A DNA stretch of 33,742 nucleotides from a virus (lineage: Duplodnaviria > Caudoviricetes), in IMG/VR virus record IMGVR_UViG_3300035210_000079, positions 1 to 33,742 of that record; one strand, written 5' to 3'. Positions 1-9,690 of this stretch are shown here, piece by piece. The notes under the pieces are model-generated. The model was not told the DNA's origin, did not search any database, and saw only the letters and a list, made by a program, of their open reading frames with translations. Position 1 is the first letter of the stretch. Each line of letters opens with the position of its first letter. The position numbers and the translations under genes are program-made.

Positions 1-598
1 GAAGCGACGGATTCCGCATCTTCACCGGCGCAGAGAATGAGCTCGAATCGGTGAGGGTGATCGTCAGCGGGAAGTTTGCGGTGGTCGCGATGGTGACGCC
101 CTGAAACAGAGGGACGTCATTGGTCCGCAGGCCTTGGAGGGATTGACCGGCGATCTGGTCAGACCCGCCCGCGTAGTGGGTTGCAGCGTGCGAGGTCGAC
201 GCCTTTCCCGCCAGCGCCGCGGCAAGGCCAGAGATGTCGGCAGTGACAAGCGTTCGAAAGGTGGGAAGGCCGGAAACGCCATCCGGCGAGGCGAACGCCA
301 GGTTCGCGGCTTGCGAGTTCAACGCCACGGCGATCACGCCAGCGGCGGTCACGGGCGAAGCGGTCACGGTGAACACGGCGCCCGGCATGCTCAGGCCAAC
401 CGACGTCACGGTCCCCGCCCCTGCGCCACCGGGAGCCCAATACGCGTCGCCTGATCCGCCGTTGCTGGTCAGGACATAGGTGGAGCCCGCGGGGACGACG
501 CCGAACGTCTTCGGAACGTGACGCGATCCGTCGGTGTCGGCGTGCCCAATCGTTCGAGCGTTGATCGACACAATCGGAAATCGTAGGGCATCAAACAT
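1..598 (-). CDS. tail fibre protein (5' part; runs off the window edge)
   Basis: Not in the ORF track. Hand translation from ATG 598 (GAGGA upstream) is open to the edge: MFDALRFPIVSINAR...GAGTVTSVGLSMPGAVFTVTASPVT...PTFRTLVTADISGL...HAATHYAGGSD. These are typical phage fibre repeat motifs, and the gene follows the tail tip gene. Confidence 0.75.
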   Translation of the reverse strand, partial: MFDALRFPIVSINARTIGHADTDGSRHVPKTFGVVPAGSTYVLTSNGGSGDAYWAPGGAGAGTVTSVGLSMPGAVFTVTASPVTAAGVIAVALNSQAANLAFASPDGVSGLPTFRTLVTADISGLAAALAGKASTSHAATHYAGGSDQIAGQSLQGLRTNDVPLFQGVTIATTANFPLTITLTDSSSFSAPVKMRNPSL

Positions 599-607
599 GC
601 TCGGTCC

Positions 608-3600
608 TCATTCTGGAGCGAAAGCGATTTCTAAGTCGAATTCCCCTGGAATCACGTCGGCCTCAACGTTGGTCACGATCCCCCATTCCGGAATCGACCA
701 GCCTTGAGCCGCGACCATGGTTTGATTCGCCTTGTACCGGCACCCCGACATAGCCCGGAGCGAAGCGACGTCTTGGGTACTTCCAAAGACGCCTTTGATC
801 TTCAACGAAAAGTAGCGCGGCTGCCTGGTGATCCAATGAAGCCGCTTGCCGAGATCTGGATCCACGTAGGTCCAAACGTTGCCCATGGTGCTTTCGTCGT
901 GAATCGAATCGAACGTCCGTTTCAATGGGCGCTTTGTGCCGTAGCGCAAATAGGATGCCCGGCATTCGTTCCAGATCTCGAGCCCCTTGGTGTTCGTCCC
1001 GGGAGGGTCCCACCCACCGAAATAGAAGGAGTCGTTCCCCGACACATAGGCGACGTCGGTGTTCCTGACATAAGCTGTCTTGAGGTAGGCGTCGCCAAAC
1101 TTGTGATACTCGAACGTGAGTTCCGAGTAGACGTCCTCCACGTCGCCGGGATCGATCACGGGAAGCGCTTCTTCGATCGGGTCGTTTGAGGCGTCTACAT
1201 CGCCGGCGAATTCACCGGCTATACCCCACCACTCCTCGCAAATTTTCGCGACCGCAGTCGATGGGTTTTCGTCGTTGGCTGGATCAAATGCGATTCCGAA
1301 ATTTGTTCCAGCCCCTTCGCCGAGATACGCGAAACCCGACCACCGCAAAGGATTGTAGTCGTACAGGCCGATTCCATTGAAGTATTTCGACCGCAGCTTC
1401 TGAAGCGCAGACGAAGGCGAAGGTGTTGCCCATGGAGTCCAGTTTCTGGCGGATCCGTTGGCCGTGACGATCTGCCCCTCTTGGTTGGATCCAGACGCAC
1501 CGATCCAGATCCCGGCCCCCGACGGATTCGTGTAAACCGCGTTGTAGATCGCCACGTCGGGACGGGATTCGCGATCCACCCAATTCACGCCATCGAGCGT
1601 CCCCTTTTGCCGCACACGTCCGTCCAGGTCGAACCCGAACGCCTCGAGGGACAACCCGCTCCAATTTCCAAGAACGCCAAGGCCACCAGCGAACACGACA
1701 ACCTTTGTCCAGGTTGTCGGGACCGTTGCGTCGGTGGCCACGGTGCAATACCACACGGAGCCGTCGGTCATTCCGACCAGCCAGGTCTTCGTCCCTGGGA
1801 GCCACGAAATCGATCGGACTTCTTCGGTCGTCCCCACCGTCTGGGTGGCGAGGCTCGCAAAGTTGGTCGTCGTGGCGAGGTTGTAGCCGGACGCCACCGC
1901 GCCCCCGACAAGCCAGAGCGAGCCGTTCCCCTTGGCGCAAGCGAACTGCCGAGAGGTGGTCGTGTCTGTCCAGGTGCCCGGGTATCCGGCGACGGTCTGG
2001 GTCCGGATGGAATTGTCGCCAGAGACCAAGATCACCCAGCGCACGCCGTCGCAATAAATCTTGCTGAACCCCCAGCCAGGGAAGGTCGCGTCCTTCGATG
2101 TGGTCCACGTGGCTCCGTTGTCCGTGCTGGTGGCAAAGATCATGCGGTCGTCGGCCGTATCGGCGCCCGTCAGGCGACCGATGGCCACAAACCGGCCGGC
2201 ACCGTCGTAAGCGATGCCGACCCAGCTTGGGGCGCCAGAGTCCGAAGCGACAACAGGAGAGACGGAACGCCACGCGATATTCTGCCCGGAAATGGATCCA
2301 ATATCGATTGCACCGAGCCCGACAAGTCCACAGACAACCGTTGGCGATGCTGCAATCTGCTCAAACCCATAACGGAGCGGAAACGGGTACACCACCAGGT
2401 AGAGCGAAGAGAATCCGATCTTCTTAAATCCACGAAGAACGATCTTTTTCATCTTGATTTGAATGCCAAGGAAATCGGGCTGCGAAATCGACATATTAAT
2501 CAATTCCAGGAAGGAATCTTTATTGATGTCTTCGATTGATTCAAAATATGACCGCCAATTCAAGGCGGTTTGATCTTTCGTCCTATCCACTTCTAGAGCT
2601 GGGGAGAGCGCCGACAAAACGCGGTACTGATCAATTTCCTTGAAGAATGGCGGTTGAAACGAGAATTTCACATTGACGACAGAAAGAAGATCGCTCGTTG
2701 CCTTCATCGAGTATTGGCATTCGGAACAGAAAAAGTCGGCATCGAAATCGATTGCCTGGATTTTGAAATTGACTCGAAGCTTCCTCTCCGCAGGAGCATT
2801 CATTTCGAGCCCTACTCGCGCCAGTAGGGTGCTCGAATCCAATCCGTTCCATTCGCTCCCATCGGTTGAAATATTTGCTGTGTCCCCGTATATGCGCCCA
2901 TCGCCTATCGCGCACCCGCTCCCAGTTGTTGCGCCGGTAGGATCGACGGAAATCAGATTCTCGGGCCCAGCAGAGGAAAGGACCGGAGCTGAAACGATCA
3001 CCGAATCCGCCGACGTTTGCCGTGGTGAGAATGTGGTGTAGATCCCATTGTAGGCGACGAGCTCGGCATTGACTGGCAGCGTCGCATTTCCCGAGACGAC
3101 GCCGTCGATGATCACCTGGTCGTTGCAGGCCAGGAAGTTTTTCGGAATCGCATAAATGGAAACCGATGTCGGATCCAGGTCAGCGGGAAACATCGTCATC
3201 TGGTCGGAATCCGACAAGTTGAACCAGACGCCGGACCAAGCGTTGTCCGTGAATGCGTCCGTCGTGTATCCGACACCGTAAAAATTCCCGAGGGTTTGCA
3301 CGGTCGCGAATGACGAATCGACAGTGGAAAATCCATTGAATCGATCGAATGAATCGCCAGCCAGGAACCATTTGCCATTGGACAAAACAATCTCGTAGCC
3401 GTTCGCGACGAACTCGTCCATGAGTGCGATAAGCCGATTTGCTTCGGTATAGTCGGGCGGCCAGTTTTCGCGAGTTGCTTTTTCGCACTTGAACAGGATC
3501 GTCGTGCCATACGCCGACGGGCGATCGACTCGTCCGATGGTATCTCCCGTGAGGGAAACGCTCTTGCCGTATCCCAGCGTCGTCGGGTCCACGGACATCT

Positions 3601-4303
3601 CGCCGCGGACCAGTAGGCTATTGCCGAAGCGCGCGAGCCGTTGCGCCGGCTGGGCGTCTCCAGCTTTGATCGAAACCGGGATCCCGCCAAACACGTTTCC
3701 AATCGCTGTCTGGAAAACCTGGTTGCTGCCGGGACCGTCCGGGTAGAGCGGATCGGTCGGATTCTGGGAATCGTTTTGATCAGTCAGAATTTGGGGGCGG
3801 TTGACGGTGGTGGACAAAACGGAAGCCGCCACCCAAGACGCGGAGCGAAGGTGTAGCCTGACGGATGGATTGTTGCCACCTGCGATCGATGGGTCGCCAG
3901 CGATTTGCAGCTGGATGATCTTCTTCACATCCGCGAAGGTGCCGCCGTAAGGGATCGCAGCCGCCCACACGGAAGCGCCTTCGAGTACGACAAGCCCGGA
4001 GCGGATCGCGGCCGAAAGCGAAATGCCGGTATCGGCCGTGGCATCGATCACGGTCAAGTCCGCTTCGGTTGCCGAGGCGAAGCCGCCCTTCCCTTGCGAC
4101 AAATCCAGGCCATTGGAGTAGGTGAGCTTGCTGGCGTACCCGCTCCAAAATTTGCACGCGACGGTATCGCCAACGATGTCGATTCCGACCAGATCGGTGT
4201 CGCCCGTGGAAAGGCCAAACGTTTGCGTGGTGAAGGGGCCGGATCCACCGAGAGTTGGAGCCGCCTTGAGGGTGAATCGGAAAAGGATTGCGCCACTTGC
4301 CAT
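608..4303 (-). CDS. large tail tip / baseplate hub-like protein with beta-propeller-like (BNR/Asp-box) region
   Basis: 1231-aa ORF with GGAGG RBS, downstream of tape measure and distal tail genes. Contains Asp-box-like motifs (STDNGATW, TLDGVNW). Confidence 0.7.
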   Translation of the reverse strand: MASGAILFRFTLKAAPTLGGSGPFTTQTFGLSTGDTDLVGIDIVGDTVACKFWSGYASKLTYSNGLDLSQGKGGFASATEADLTVIDATADTGISLSAAIRSGLVVLEGASVWAAAIPYGGTFADVKKIIQLQIAGDPSIAGGNNPSVRLHLRSASWVAASVLSTTVNRPQILTDQNDSQNPTDPLYPDGPGSNQVFQTAIGNVFGGIPVSIKAGDAQPAQRLARFGNSLLVRGEMSVDPTTLGYGKSVSLTGDTIGRVDRPSAYGTTILFKCEKATRENWPPDYTEANRLIALMDEFVANGYEIVLSNGKWFLAGDSFDRFNGFSTVDSSFATVQTLGNFYGVGYTTDAFTDNAWSGVWFNLSDSDQMTMFPADLDPTSVSIYAIPKNFLACNDQVIIDGVVSGNATLPVNAELVAYNGIYTTFSPRQTSADSVIVSAPVLSSAGPENLISVDPTGATTGSGCAIGDGRIYGDTANISTDGSEWNGLDSSTLLARVGLEMNAPAERKLRVNFKIQAIDFDADFFCSECQYSMKATSDLLSVVNVKFSFQPPFFKEIDQYRVLSALSPALEVDRTKDQTALNWRSYFESIEDINKDSFLELINMSISQPDFLGIQIKMKKIVLRGFKKIGFSSLYLVVYPFPLRYGFEQIAASPTVVCGLVGLGAIDIGSISGQNIAWRSVSPVVASDSGAPSWVGIAYDGAGRFVAIGRLTGADTADDRMIFATSTDNGATWTTSKDATFPGWGFSKIYCDGVRWVILVSGDNSIRTQTVAGYPGTWTDTTTSRQFACAKGNGSLWLVGGAVASGYNLATTTNFASLATQTVGTTEEVRSISWLPGTKTWLVGMTDGSVWYCTVATDATVPTTWTKVVVFAGGLGVLGNWSGLSLEAFGFDLDGRVRQKGTLDGVNWVDRESRPDVAIYNAVYTNPSGAGIWIGASGSNQEGQIVTANGSARNWTPWATPSPSSALQKLRSKYFNGIGLYDYNPLRWSGFAYLGEGAGTNFGIAFDPANDENPSTAVAKICEEWWGIAGEFAGDVDASNDPIEEALPVIDPGDVEDVYSELTFEYHKFGDAYLKTAYVRNTDVAYVSGNDSFYFGGWDPPGTNTKGLEIWNECRASYLRYGTKRPLKRTFDSIHDESTMGNVWTYVDPDLGKRLHWITRQPRYFSLKIKGVFGSTQDVASLRAMSGCRYKANQTMVAAQGWSIPEWGIVTNVEADVIPGEFDLEIAFAPE

Positions 4304-4320
4304 GGTGCGAATCTACCTCC

Positions 4321-5187
4321 TCAAAACGCGAGGGTCGTGCTCAAATCGAGTTCGCCTTCGTACCACCACCCAGCACCGCGTCGGATCGTGATCTCGCGCA
4401 GGACCGCCAATTCCCCACCGAATCGTTCGGGCCCGAAAGGCGAGGTGTATTCGGCGCCGTTCCCCGGGTAGACGAACTTGTTCATCCTCACGGCCCGGGC
4501 GAAGTTGATCACGGATTCCGCTTTCACCAATTCCATGTGGCCGAGCATCGCACGGGCATCGCGGCGGCGCCCGTGCTGGACCATTGGAAGGTTGGCCCCC
4601 GCGATCGGAAGCGGACGCGGCGTGGTGCTGGCGTCCTGGATCTGGGGGGACCCGAACTTGGTCGCCAGCCAGGCGGGCGGCGTGGCGTCGGTGGGAACAG
4701 TGTAGTTCCGCTCATTCAAGGCGGTGCCGTATCCGCAAGCCGCAAACGATCCAATGATGCGGTACCCCCACAAGTCTCGGCCTGGAATCTTCCGCCCCAT
4801 GACGTCCACTGGATCGAGGGTTGCCTTCACGATCTTCCATCCATCCGATGCGGTGTAGTTGCCGAATCCAGGAATGATCGGATTGACCGAATCGCCAGTC
4901 ACGAAACAGAGATCGACCGTGGCCCGCGTGCCGGCGAACGGCGGAAGGTTCGCTTCGATGAGCTTGGCGCGGTTGGCGGTGTTGCACCAGAGGGTAAAGC
5001 GGAAATCTACGGTGTCGTGCTTCTGCGGAACGGCATCGCGCCACAGGGGCACGCCACGCGGCCAGGACCCGATCGGAGGCGCCCAAATGATGCCGCGCCG
5101 GATGTCGAGCTCCCAATCGCGCTCGATGCCCTCGATCGAGACGGCGCCCGCCTGGGATAGAAACGTGAATCCGCTGGGGAGGCTCAC
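4321..5187 (-). CDS. putative distal tail (Dit-like) protein
   Basis: GTG start at 5187 overlaps the tape measure stop (GTGA) with GAGG upstream; 288 aa. The function is inferred from position only. Confidence 0.55.
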   Translation of the reverse strand: MSLPSGFTFLSQAGAVSIEGIERDWELDIRRGIIWAPPIGSWPRGVPLWRDAVPQKHDTVDFRFTLWCNTANRAKLIEANLPPFAGTRATVDLCFVTGDSVNPIIPGFGNYTASDGWKIVKATLDPVDVMGRKIPGRDLWGYRIIGSFAACGYGTALNERNYTVPTDATPPAWLATKFGSPQIQDASTTPRPLPIAGANLPMVQHGRRRDARAMLGHMELVKAESVINFARAVRMNKFVYPGNGAEYTSPFGPERFGGELAVLREITIRRGAGWWYEGELDLSTTLAF

Positions 5188-7688
5188 CCGCGCGACCTCG
5201 AGGTCTGCGAACGACGAGCTTTTGCCAAGCGCCCGGACCTGGGCAGAACCTTTGCCACGGCGCTGGCGATGTCGTCGGCGCTGGCTCGAGCTCCTGCATA
5301 GATGTGGAACGTTGCCCCGCCAACGTTGTTGGTGGTCTGCTGGGTGGAGTTGAAGATCCGGCCCGGCGTGTTCGTCTCGAAATACTCGCCGCCCGATCCC
5401 GCGTCTTCGTTGCCGATGAACCCGCGATCGACTTGGCCACCACGCGCACGGAAAACGGAAGTCGACGACATGGCGGTTTGGTATCCAGCCACGCCCGCGA
5501 CGTCTGCGGCACCGAAGGAAGCGATCGACGCGAGCATGGCGGGCTCTTTCCATGCCTCACCGGTCAACGCCGCCTGAAGGGCGCTTGCGGCGGTCTGGGC
5601 GATCAGGCGGGCAATGGCGCGCTCCCCTGCATTGATCAGGACCTCGTCGAATTGCGTCCAGCTGGCCTTGCCCTTCTCGATCAAGAAAATCTGATCCTCC
5701 AGGCCTGCACCGAACGAATCGAAGACGCCTTGCTGGATCTTCTTGCGTTCGTCGGACTCATTCTTCAGGTCGGCCGTTTTCTGCTTCTCCACCTTGAGCG
5801 CGTGGGCCCGATCGTCCAGCCGGTCGCGTTGCTCCATGTCGGCTTGCTGCTTCAGGAATTGCGCGAGCTCCTTGGCCTCGTCCTCGGCGCCCTTCTCGCG
5901 CTTCTTCTTCTGGCTCTTCGACAGCGTGCCGGTGTCCCGCTCGTCGTTGACACCGCTCGGGCTGGTCATCTTGTAGGCGTCGTAGGAGAAGCCATAAGCA
6001 GATTCGAACGAGGTATCGGCCTTGGACCAGTCCGATTCCTTCGCGGCTTTGGGCGCGTTCTTCTTCGCCCACTTCTTGCGGATCTCCGCCTCCTTGGCCA
6101 ACTCCTGATCCATGATCACGCGGTAGTTTTCGGACTTGACAGCGAACAGGGACGCCTTCGACTCGAACTCCTTGCGGATGTCGGCCAACTCGCTTTCCAG
6201 CGACGACTTTGCGTTTTGCTTCCGTGCCCAATCGAGCGCGGTCTGTTGCGCATCGGTCAGCGTTTCGATCTCGCTGCCCGTTTTTTTCTGCGCCTCCTTC
6301 TTGGCCGACAGCTTCTTCGCGGCGGCGTCGACCATGCCTTCACCAAAGGTTGTGTTGTCGCCCTCCGACATGCCGGCCAGCGCCTGGTCGCCCCACCACA
6401 TGAGGGTCCCGAGGATCGCACCGTGCGAAGCCTTCATCATCGCGGCCGCGGCGTTCATCTTCGCGGCGTGCGACGCCATGTGCGAAGCGTGCTCGGCCGA
6501 AGCCTGGTCGGCCTCGATCTCGGCCTGCTTCATGAGCTTCTGGTAGGTGATGATCGATTCGTAGTCGGCCTTCACGTCCTCGGGCAGCTTGCCCTTTTGG
6601 ATCGCCTCCTCGATGGCTTCGCCGCCCATCTTGACGAATGGGACGATTTTCTGCCAGCTCTCCCCCAGCCCTTCGTTCAGAATACGGTTTCGCTCCGCCT
6701 CGGAGCCTGCGCGGTTGGCAACGTCGATCAGTTGCTCGAAGGCCTTCAGTGGTTCCTTGGACGTGACGCCAAGCTTCACGAATTCTTCGGAGTGCTCCTG
6801 CATCCGAACCGAGAGCATCGCGATTGCCCTGGACAACTCTTCGGCCGTGACAGACGTGCCGACGGTCGCGTACTGGAGCCCGCGCATTTCTTCGGCCGTC
6901 ATACCCGTACGCTCGCCCAACTCATCCATCTTGTGGTAGTTCTCGGCCTGCGCTTCGGATAGCTTGATGTAGTGCTCGCGAACCTCGTAGGCTGCCAGGC
7001 CAAGAGCGCCGATAGCGATCGCGGCCATGCCGGCGACACCGATCGTTTCGGTGATCGCCTTGGTCGCAGCCTTGAGCGCGCCGGTGATTCCGCCGTTGCC
7101 TTCTTCCAGGACCATGAGCGAGCTTCCAAACGCCTTGAAGTTGCCTTGAACCAACTCGTGCCCCAGCACGATCAACTCGCGCCGGGAGCGGGCATTCAGC
7201 TGGATTGCGCCCGTCTCGCTTTCCAACTCTCCGACCGCGGCCTTGGTCAGGGCGTTGATCTCGCCCTTCAGGCGCTGCTGTTCGCGCAAGGCGCCGACGA
7301 ACCCTGGATCGGCTAAAACCCTCTTCTGCGCATCGAGCCGAGAAAGACTTTCGGTCATGCTGTTGTTCAAGTCGCGAACGATAGCGTCTTCGCTGCGGAA
7401 GGTCCGCGTCAAGGATTCGATTTCCTCTTGCAGGTGCCGCGTGTGGGCAATGGCGTCCTGGGTTGCGGGGTCGCGCAGCGCCGTAGCGCGCGCCTTCAGG
7501 TCTCCGACCTGGGACCGGATCGACGTGCTCACGTCCTCCACACGCTTGCGCCAAGCCTGTTCGACGGGGTCCATTCCCTTGACGGTAGATTCGACCTCCT
7601 GGAGCTCCCTCTTATTCGCCTTCAGCCCCTCGGACAAGCCGTCCTTGTACTCGCTCTGAACCCTTACCGTTTGTGTGTTGTCAGGCAT
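5184..7688 (-). CDS. tail tape measure protein
   Basis: 834-aa Ala/Glu/Lys-rich helical protein with a hydrophobic patch (VAGMAAIAIGALGLAA), an ELGERTGMTAEEM repeat and a C-terminal RARGG motif. It follows the tail chaperones. Confidence 0.9.
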   Translation of the reverse strand: MPDNTQTVRVQSEYKDGLSEGLKANKRELQEVESTVKGMDPVEQAWRKRVEDVSTSIRSQVGDLKARATALRDPATQDAIAHTRHLQEEIESLTRTFRSEDAIVRDLNNSMTESLSRLDAQKRVLADPGFVGALREQQRLKGEINALTKAAVGELESETGAIQLNARSRRELIVLGHELVQGNFKAFGSSLMVLEEGNGGITGALKAATKAITETIGVAGMAAIAIGALGLAAYEVREHYIKLSEAQAENYHKMDELGERTGMTAEEMRGLQYATVGTSVTAEELSRAIAMLSVRMQEHSEEFVKLGVTSKEPLKAFEQLIDVANRAGSEAERNRILNEGLGESWQKIVPFVKMGGEAIEEAIQKGKLPEDVKADYESIITYQKLMKQAEIEADQASAEHASHMASHAAKMNAAAAMMKASHGAILGTLMWWGDQALAGMSEGDNTTFGEGMVDAAAKKLSAKKEAQKKTGSEIETLTDAQQTALDWARKQNAKSSLESELADIRKEFESKASLFAVKSENYRVIMDQELAKEAEIRKKWAKKNAPKAAKESDWSKADTSFESAYGFSYDAYKMTSPSGVNDERDTGTLSKSQKKKREKGAEDEAKELAQFLKQQADMEQRDRLDDRAHALKVEKQKTADLKNESDERKKIQQGVFDSFGAGLEDQIFLIEKGKASWTQFDEVLINAGERAIARLIAQTAASALQAALTGEAWKEPAMLASIASFGAADVAGVAGYQTAMSSTSVFRARGGQVDRGFIGNEDAGSGGEYFETNTPGRIFNSTQQTTNNVGGATFHIYAGARASADDIASAVAKVLPRSGRLAKARRSQTSRSRG

Positions 7689-8010
7689 CAGGCACCTCCG
7701 CCACTTCCTTGGGGTTGATCAGCAACTCGTCGCAATGCGATTCTGCCTTTTTCCAAAGATGGATACCAGCAACGAGCCGCGCAGGTTGATCGAGGATTGT
7801 TCCAGGGGCTGGAAGTAATCCAAGGTCCCACGCCCAGATCAAAGACTTGATGAAGGCGCACACCGGGTTGGTGTACGCCATCGGATCGTCGGTTCTTGTC
7901 GCGTCATGCTTCGGGACAGGCCAATACCATTCCTGTTTTTCCAGCCGCAGGCCGGTGTAGACCGGATCCTGGATCAGGCCGCAACCGAGTCCTGCGGCAA
8001 CGTAAAACCC
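7681..8010 (-). CDS. tail assembly chaperone gpT-like segment, expressed by -1 frameshift from the upstream gene
   Basis: The -1 frame is open from the slippery site: GFYVAAGLG...GLLPAPGTILDQPARL. The LP..G...DQP motif is typical of gpT-like segments. Confidence 0.7.
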   Translation of the reverse strand, partial: GFYVAAGLGCGLIQDPVYTGLRLEKQEWYWPVPKHDATRTDDPMAYTNPVCAFIKSLIWAWDLGLLPAPGTILDQPARLVAGIHLWKKAESHCDELLINPKEVAEVPDA

Positions 8011-8639
8011 TGCTGGGCTTCCTTCGAGTAGACCGATCCGGCCCTGATCGCTTCGAAGATCTTTTGCTTCCACTTGGGCAGCAGCGCCTGGGCGTCGACT
8101 TCCCACTTCCCGGTCCACTCGACAGCGATGTTCTCCCAGCCGCAGACGCATTCCGACAGCACCAGGAACCGCAGATCGTCGCCGAAGATTTCGGACAAAC
8201 GATCCTCATTCTCGATCGTCGCCTTGCGTTCAAGCGCAAGGATCGCGTCGGCCCGATCCGTCTCGCTGAGTTCGGAATCGGCCTCGATGCGCTGGGCATC
8301 CTCGTCCAACCATTGCTTGGCCAAGGCCAGCTTGCGCTCGTAGGTCGCCAGGGCGGCCTGGACGCGCAAGGACAGGCGTTCGGACATCGGCTTGAGGTGA
8401 ACGATCGGGGCGCCCGGCTTGACCGGCCGGGTAGCCCCCTCGAACTCCTTGGACAGGTCGGCTAACTTCGCTTCGTACGTGTCGCGAGCCTTGGCGTTCG
8501 CTTTGTACTCCTCGATCGTTGGCCGGATTGCGGCGACGCGCGCCTCCCATCCGACCGGTGGGAGTCGGAATTCGGCGGGCGTCCATTTGAAAATTTCCCT
8601 GGGGTCGATGCCCCACAGGATTGGAGCGGTGGGATCCAT
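7974..8639 (-). CDS. tail assembly chaperone (gpG-like)
   Basis: 221 aa between tail tube and tape measure, with a VCGWENI motif and a slippery heptamer near the 3' end. Confidence 0.8.
   Translation of the reverse strand: MDPTAPILWGIDPREIFKWTPAEFRLPPVGWEARVAAIRPTIEEYKANAKARDTYEAKLADLSKEFEGATRPVKPGAPIVHLKPMSERLSLRVQAALATYERKLALAKQWLDEDAQRIEADSELSETDRADAILALERKATIENEDRLSEIFGDDLRFLVLSECVCGWENIAVEWTGKWEVDAQALLPKWKQKIFEAIRAGSVYSKEAQQGFTLPQDSVAA
8004..8010 (-). promoter_or_regulatory. programmed -1 ribosomal frameshift site G GGT TTT
   Basis: X XXY YYZ heptamer in the correct phase (CAG GGT TTT ACG). It links the chaperone ORF to the overlapping -1 ORF. Confidence 0.8.
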
Positions 8640-8645
8640 GTTCTG

Positions 8646-9680
8646 TTACCCCTGAATCACGATCTGCCAAGCGTCTTCGGCCTGGGTGGTGGGTGTGGCG
8701 TTGGGGCGCACGGTCGCCTCCTTGCCGGCTGCGGGCCCGATGGCTTTGTCGGTGAACCCTTCGAACTGCGCGAACGCGTTCGTCGAGAAGACGACTTGCT
8801 TGCCCGCCACGGATCCCAGCGTGACCGAATTGGCGAACGTCGAGCCGGCGACGAAGGTCGCCACGTCGTCGCTCGTCGAGCGCGGTACCGTGCGGTAGGT
8901 CAGTTTCAGCTTGGGCTTGTGGTCCATGAGCATGCCGTAGCCAAGGCACGACGGATTCGTGATGTCGGTCAGCACCTCGATCTTGTTGCCAAGGTCGAAG
9001 GAGAAGTCCGACGATTGGCGCAGGAACAAGCCCGACGGGCTGCCCAGCTGCGCGTAGCGAATGCCGTTGGCGACCTCGTCTTCGAACGTGATGCCGGTGA
9101 TCGGCGTCTCGAAGCTGGTGGCGGGGTACGGCGTGCCGTTGGCCTGCATGGCCAGGGCGCCGTCGAACTGGTAGGTCACGTACATGGGATCGCCGAGCTT
9201 GCCGGCAGCGGGCTTGAAGATTGCCGAGCCGCGCGCGCCGGAGATGGCGAAGCGGTACGACTTGGTGCCGTCGGCCGATTCGACTTCCCAGCCGATCGAC
9301 AGGAACACCTGCTGGGTCTTGTCATGCGTCCACGTGACCGTGTGGGCCGTCGCGGCGTCGATGACCTCCTTGACGTAGCTCGCCTTCAGGAAGGTGCTGT
9401 ACTTGGGCGACGTGATCGCCGCGCCCGCCGTGCCCGCCGTGTAGAGCCGGTGCGAGAACTTGAACGTGGCCGGGATGGCGCCCACGACAGAGGGGAGCGA
9501 TTGCATGCGCCCATCAGGCAAGCGCTCGACCATGCCCGGCTTGATGTCGAGGGACAAGTCGTGTCCCTGCACCAAGCAGTTGGCGGCAAGGAAAAGTGTC
9601 GAGTCGCCGACGTACAAGCCAGGAGTCACTTCGACCTTGGCGAAGACGTATTTGATCTTCCATTGAAAGTCCGATGCCAT
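8646..9680 (-). CDS. major tail tube protein
   Basis: 344-aa Thr/Ala/Gly-rich, beta-rich protein with an N-terminal AKVEVTPG motif, directly upstream of the chaperone and tape measure. Confidence 0.8.
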   Translation of the reverse strand: MASDFQWKIKYVFAKVEVTPGLYVGDSTLFLAANCLVQGHDLSLDIKPGMVERLPDGRMQSLPSVVGAIPATFKFSHRLYTAGTAGAAITSPKYSTFLKASYVKEVIDAATAHTVTWTHDKTQQVFLSIGWEVESADGTKSYRFAISGARGSAIFKPAAGKLGDPMYVTYQFDGALAMQANGTPYPATSFETPITGITFEDEVANGIRYAQLGSPSGLFLRQSSDFSFDLGNKIEVLTDITNPSCLGYGMLMDHKPKLKLTYRTVPRSTSDDVATFVAGSTFANSVTLGSVAGKQVVFSTNAFAQFEGFTDKAIGPAAGKEATVRPNATPTTQAEDAWQIVIQG

Positions 9681-9690
9681 GCGAGTTCTC

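Noticed and set aside
1-4303. Diversity-generating retroelement or invertible tail-fibre cassette
   Set aside because: No reverse transcriptase, invertase or template/variable repeat pair was seen in the window.
5304-6962. 552-aa plus-strand ORF
   Set aside because: Antisense shadow of the tape measure gene, with the Leu/Arg/Gly-rich composition typical of such shadows.
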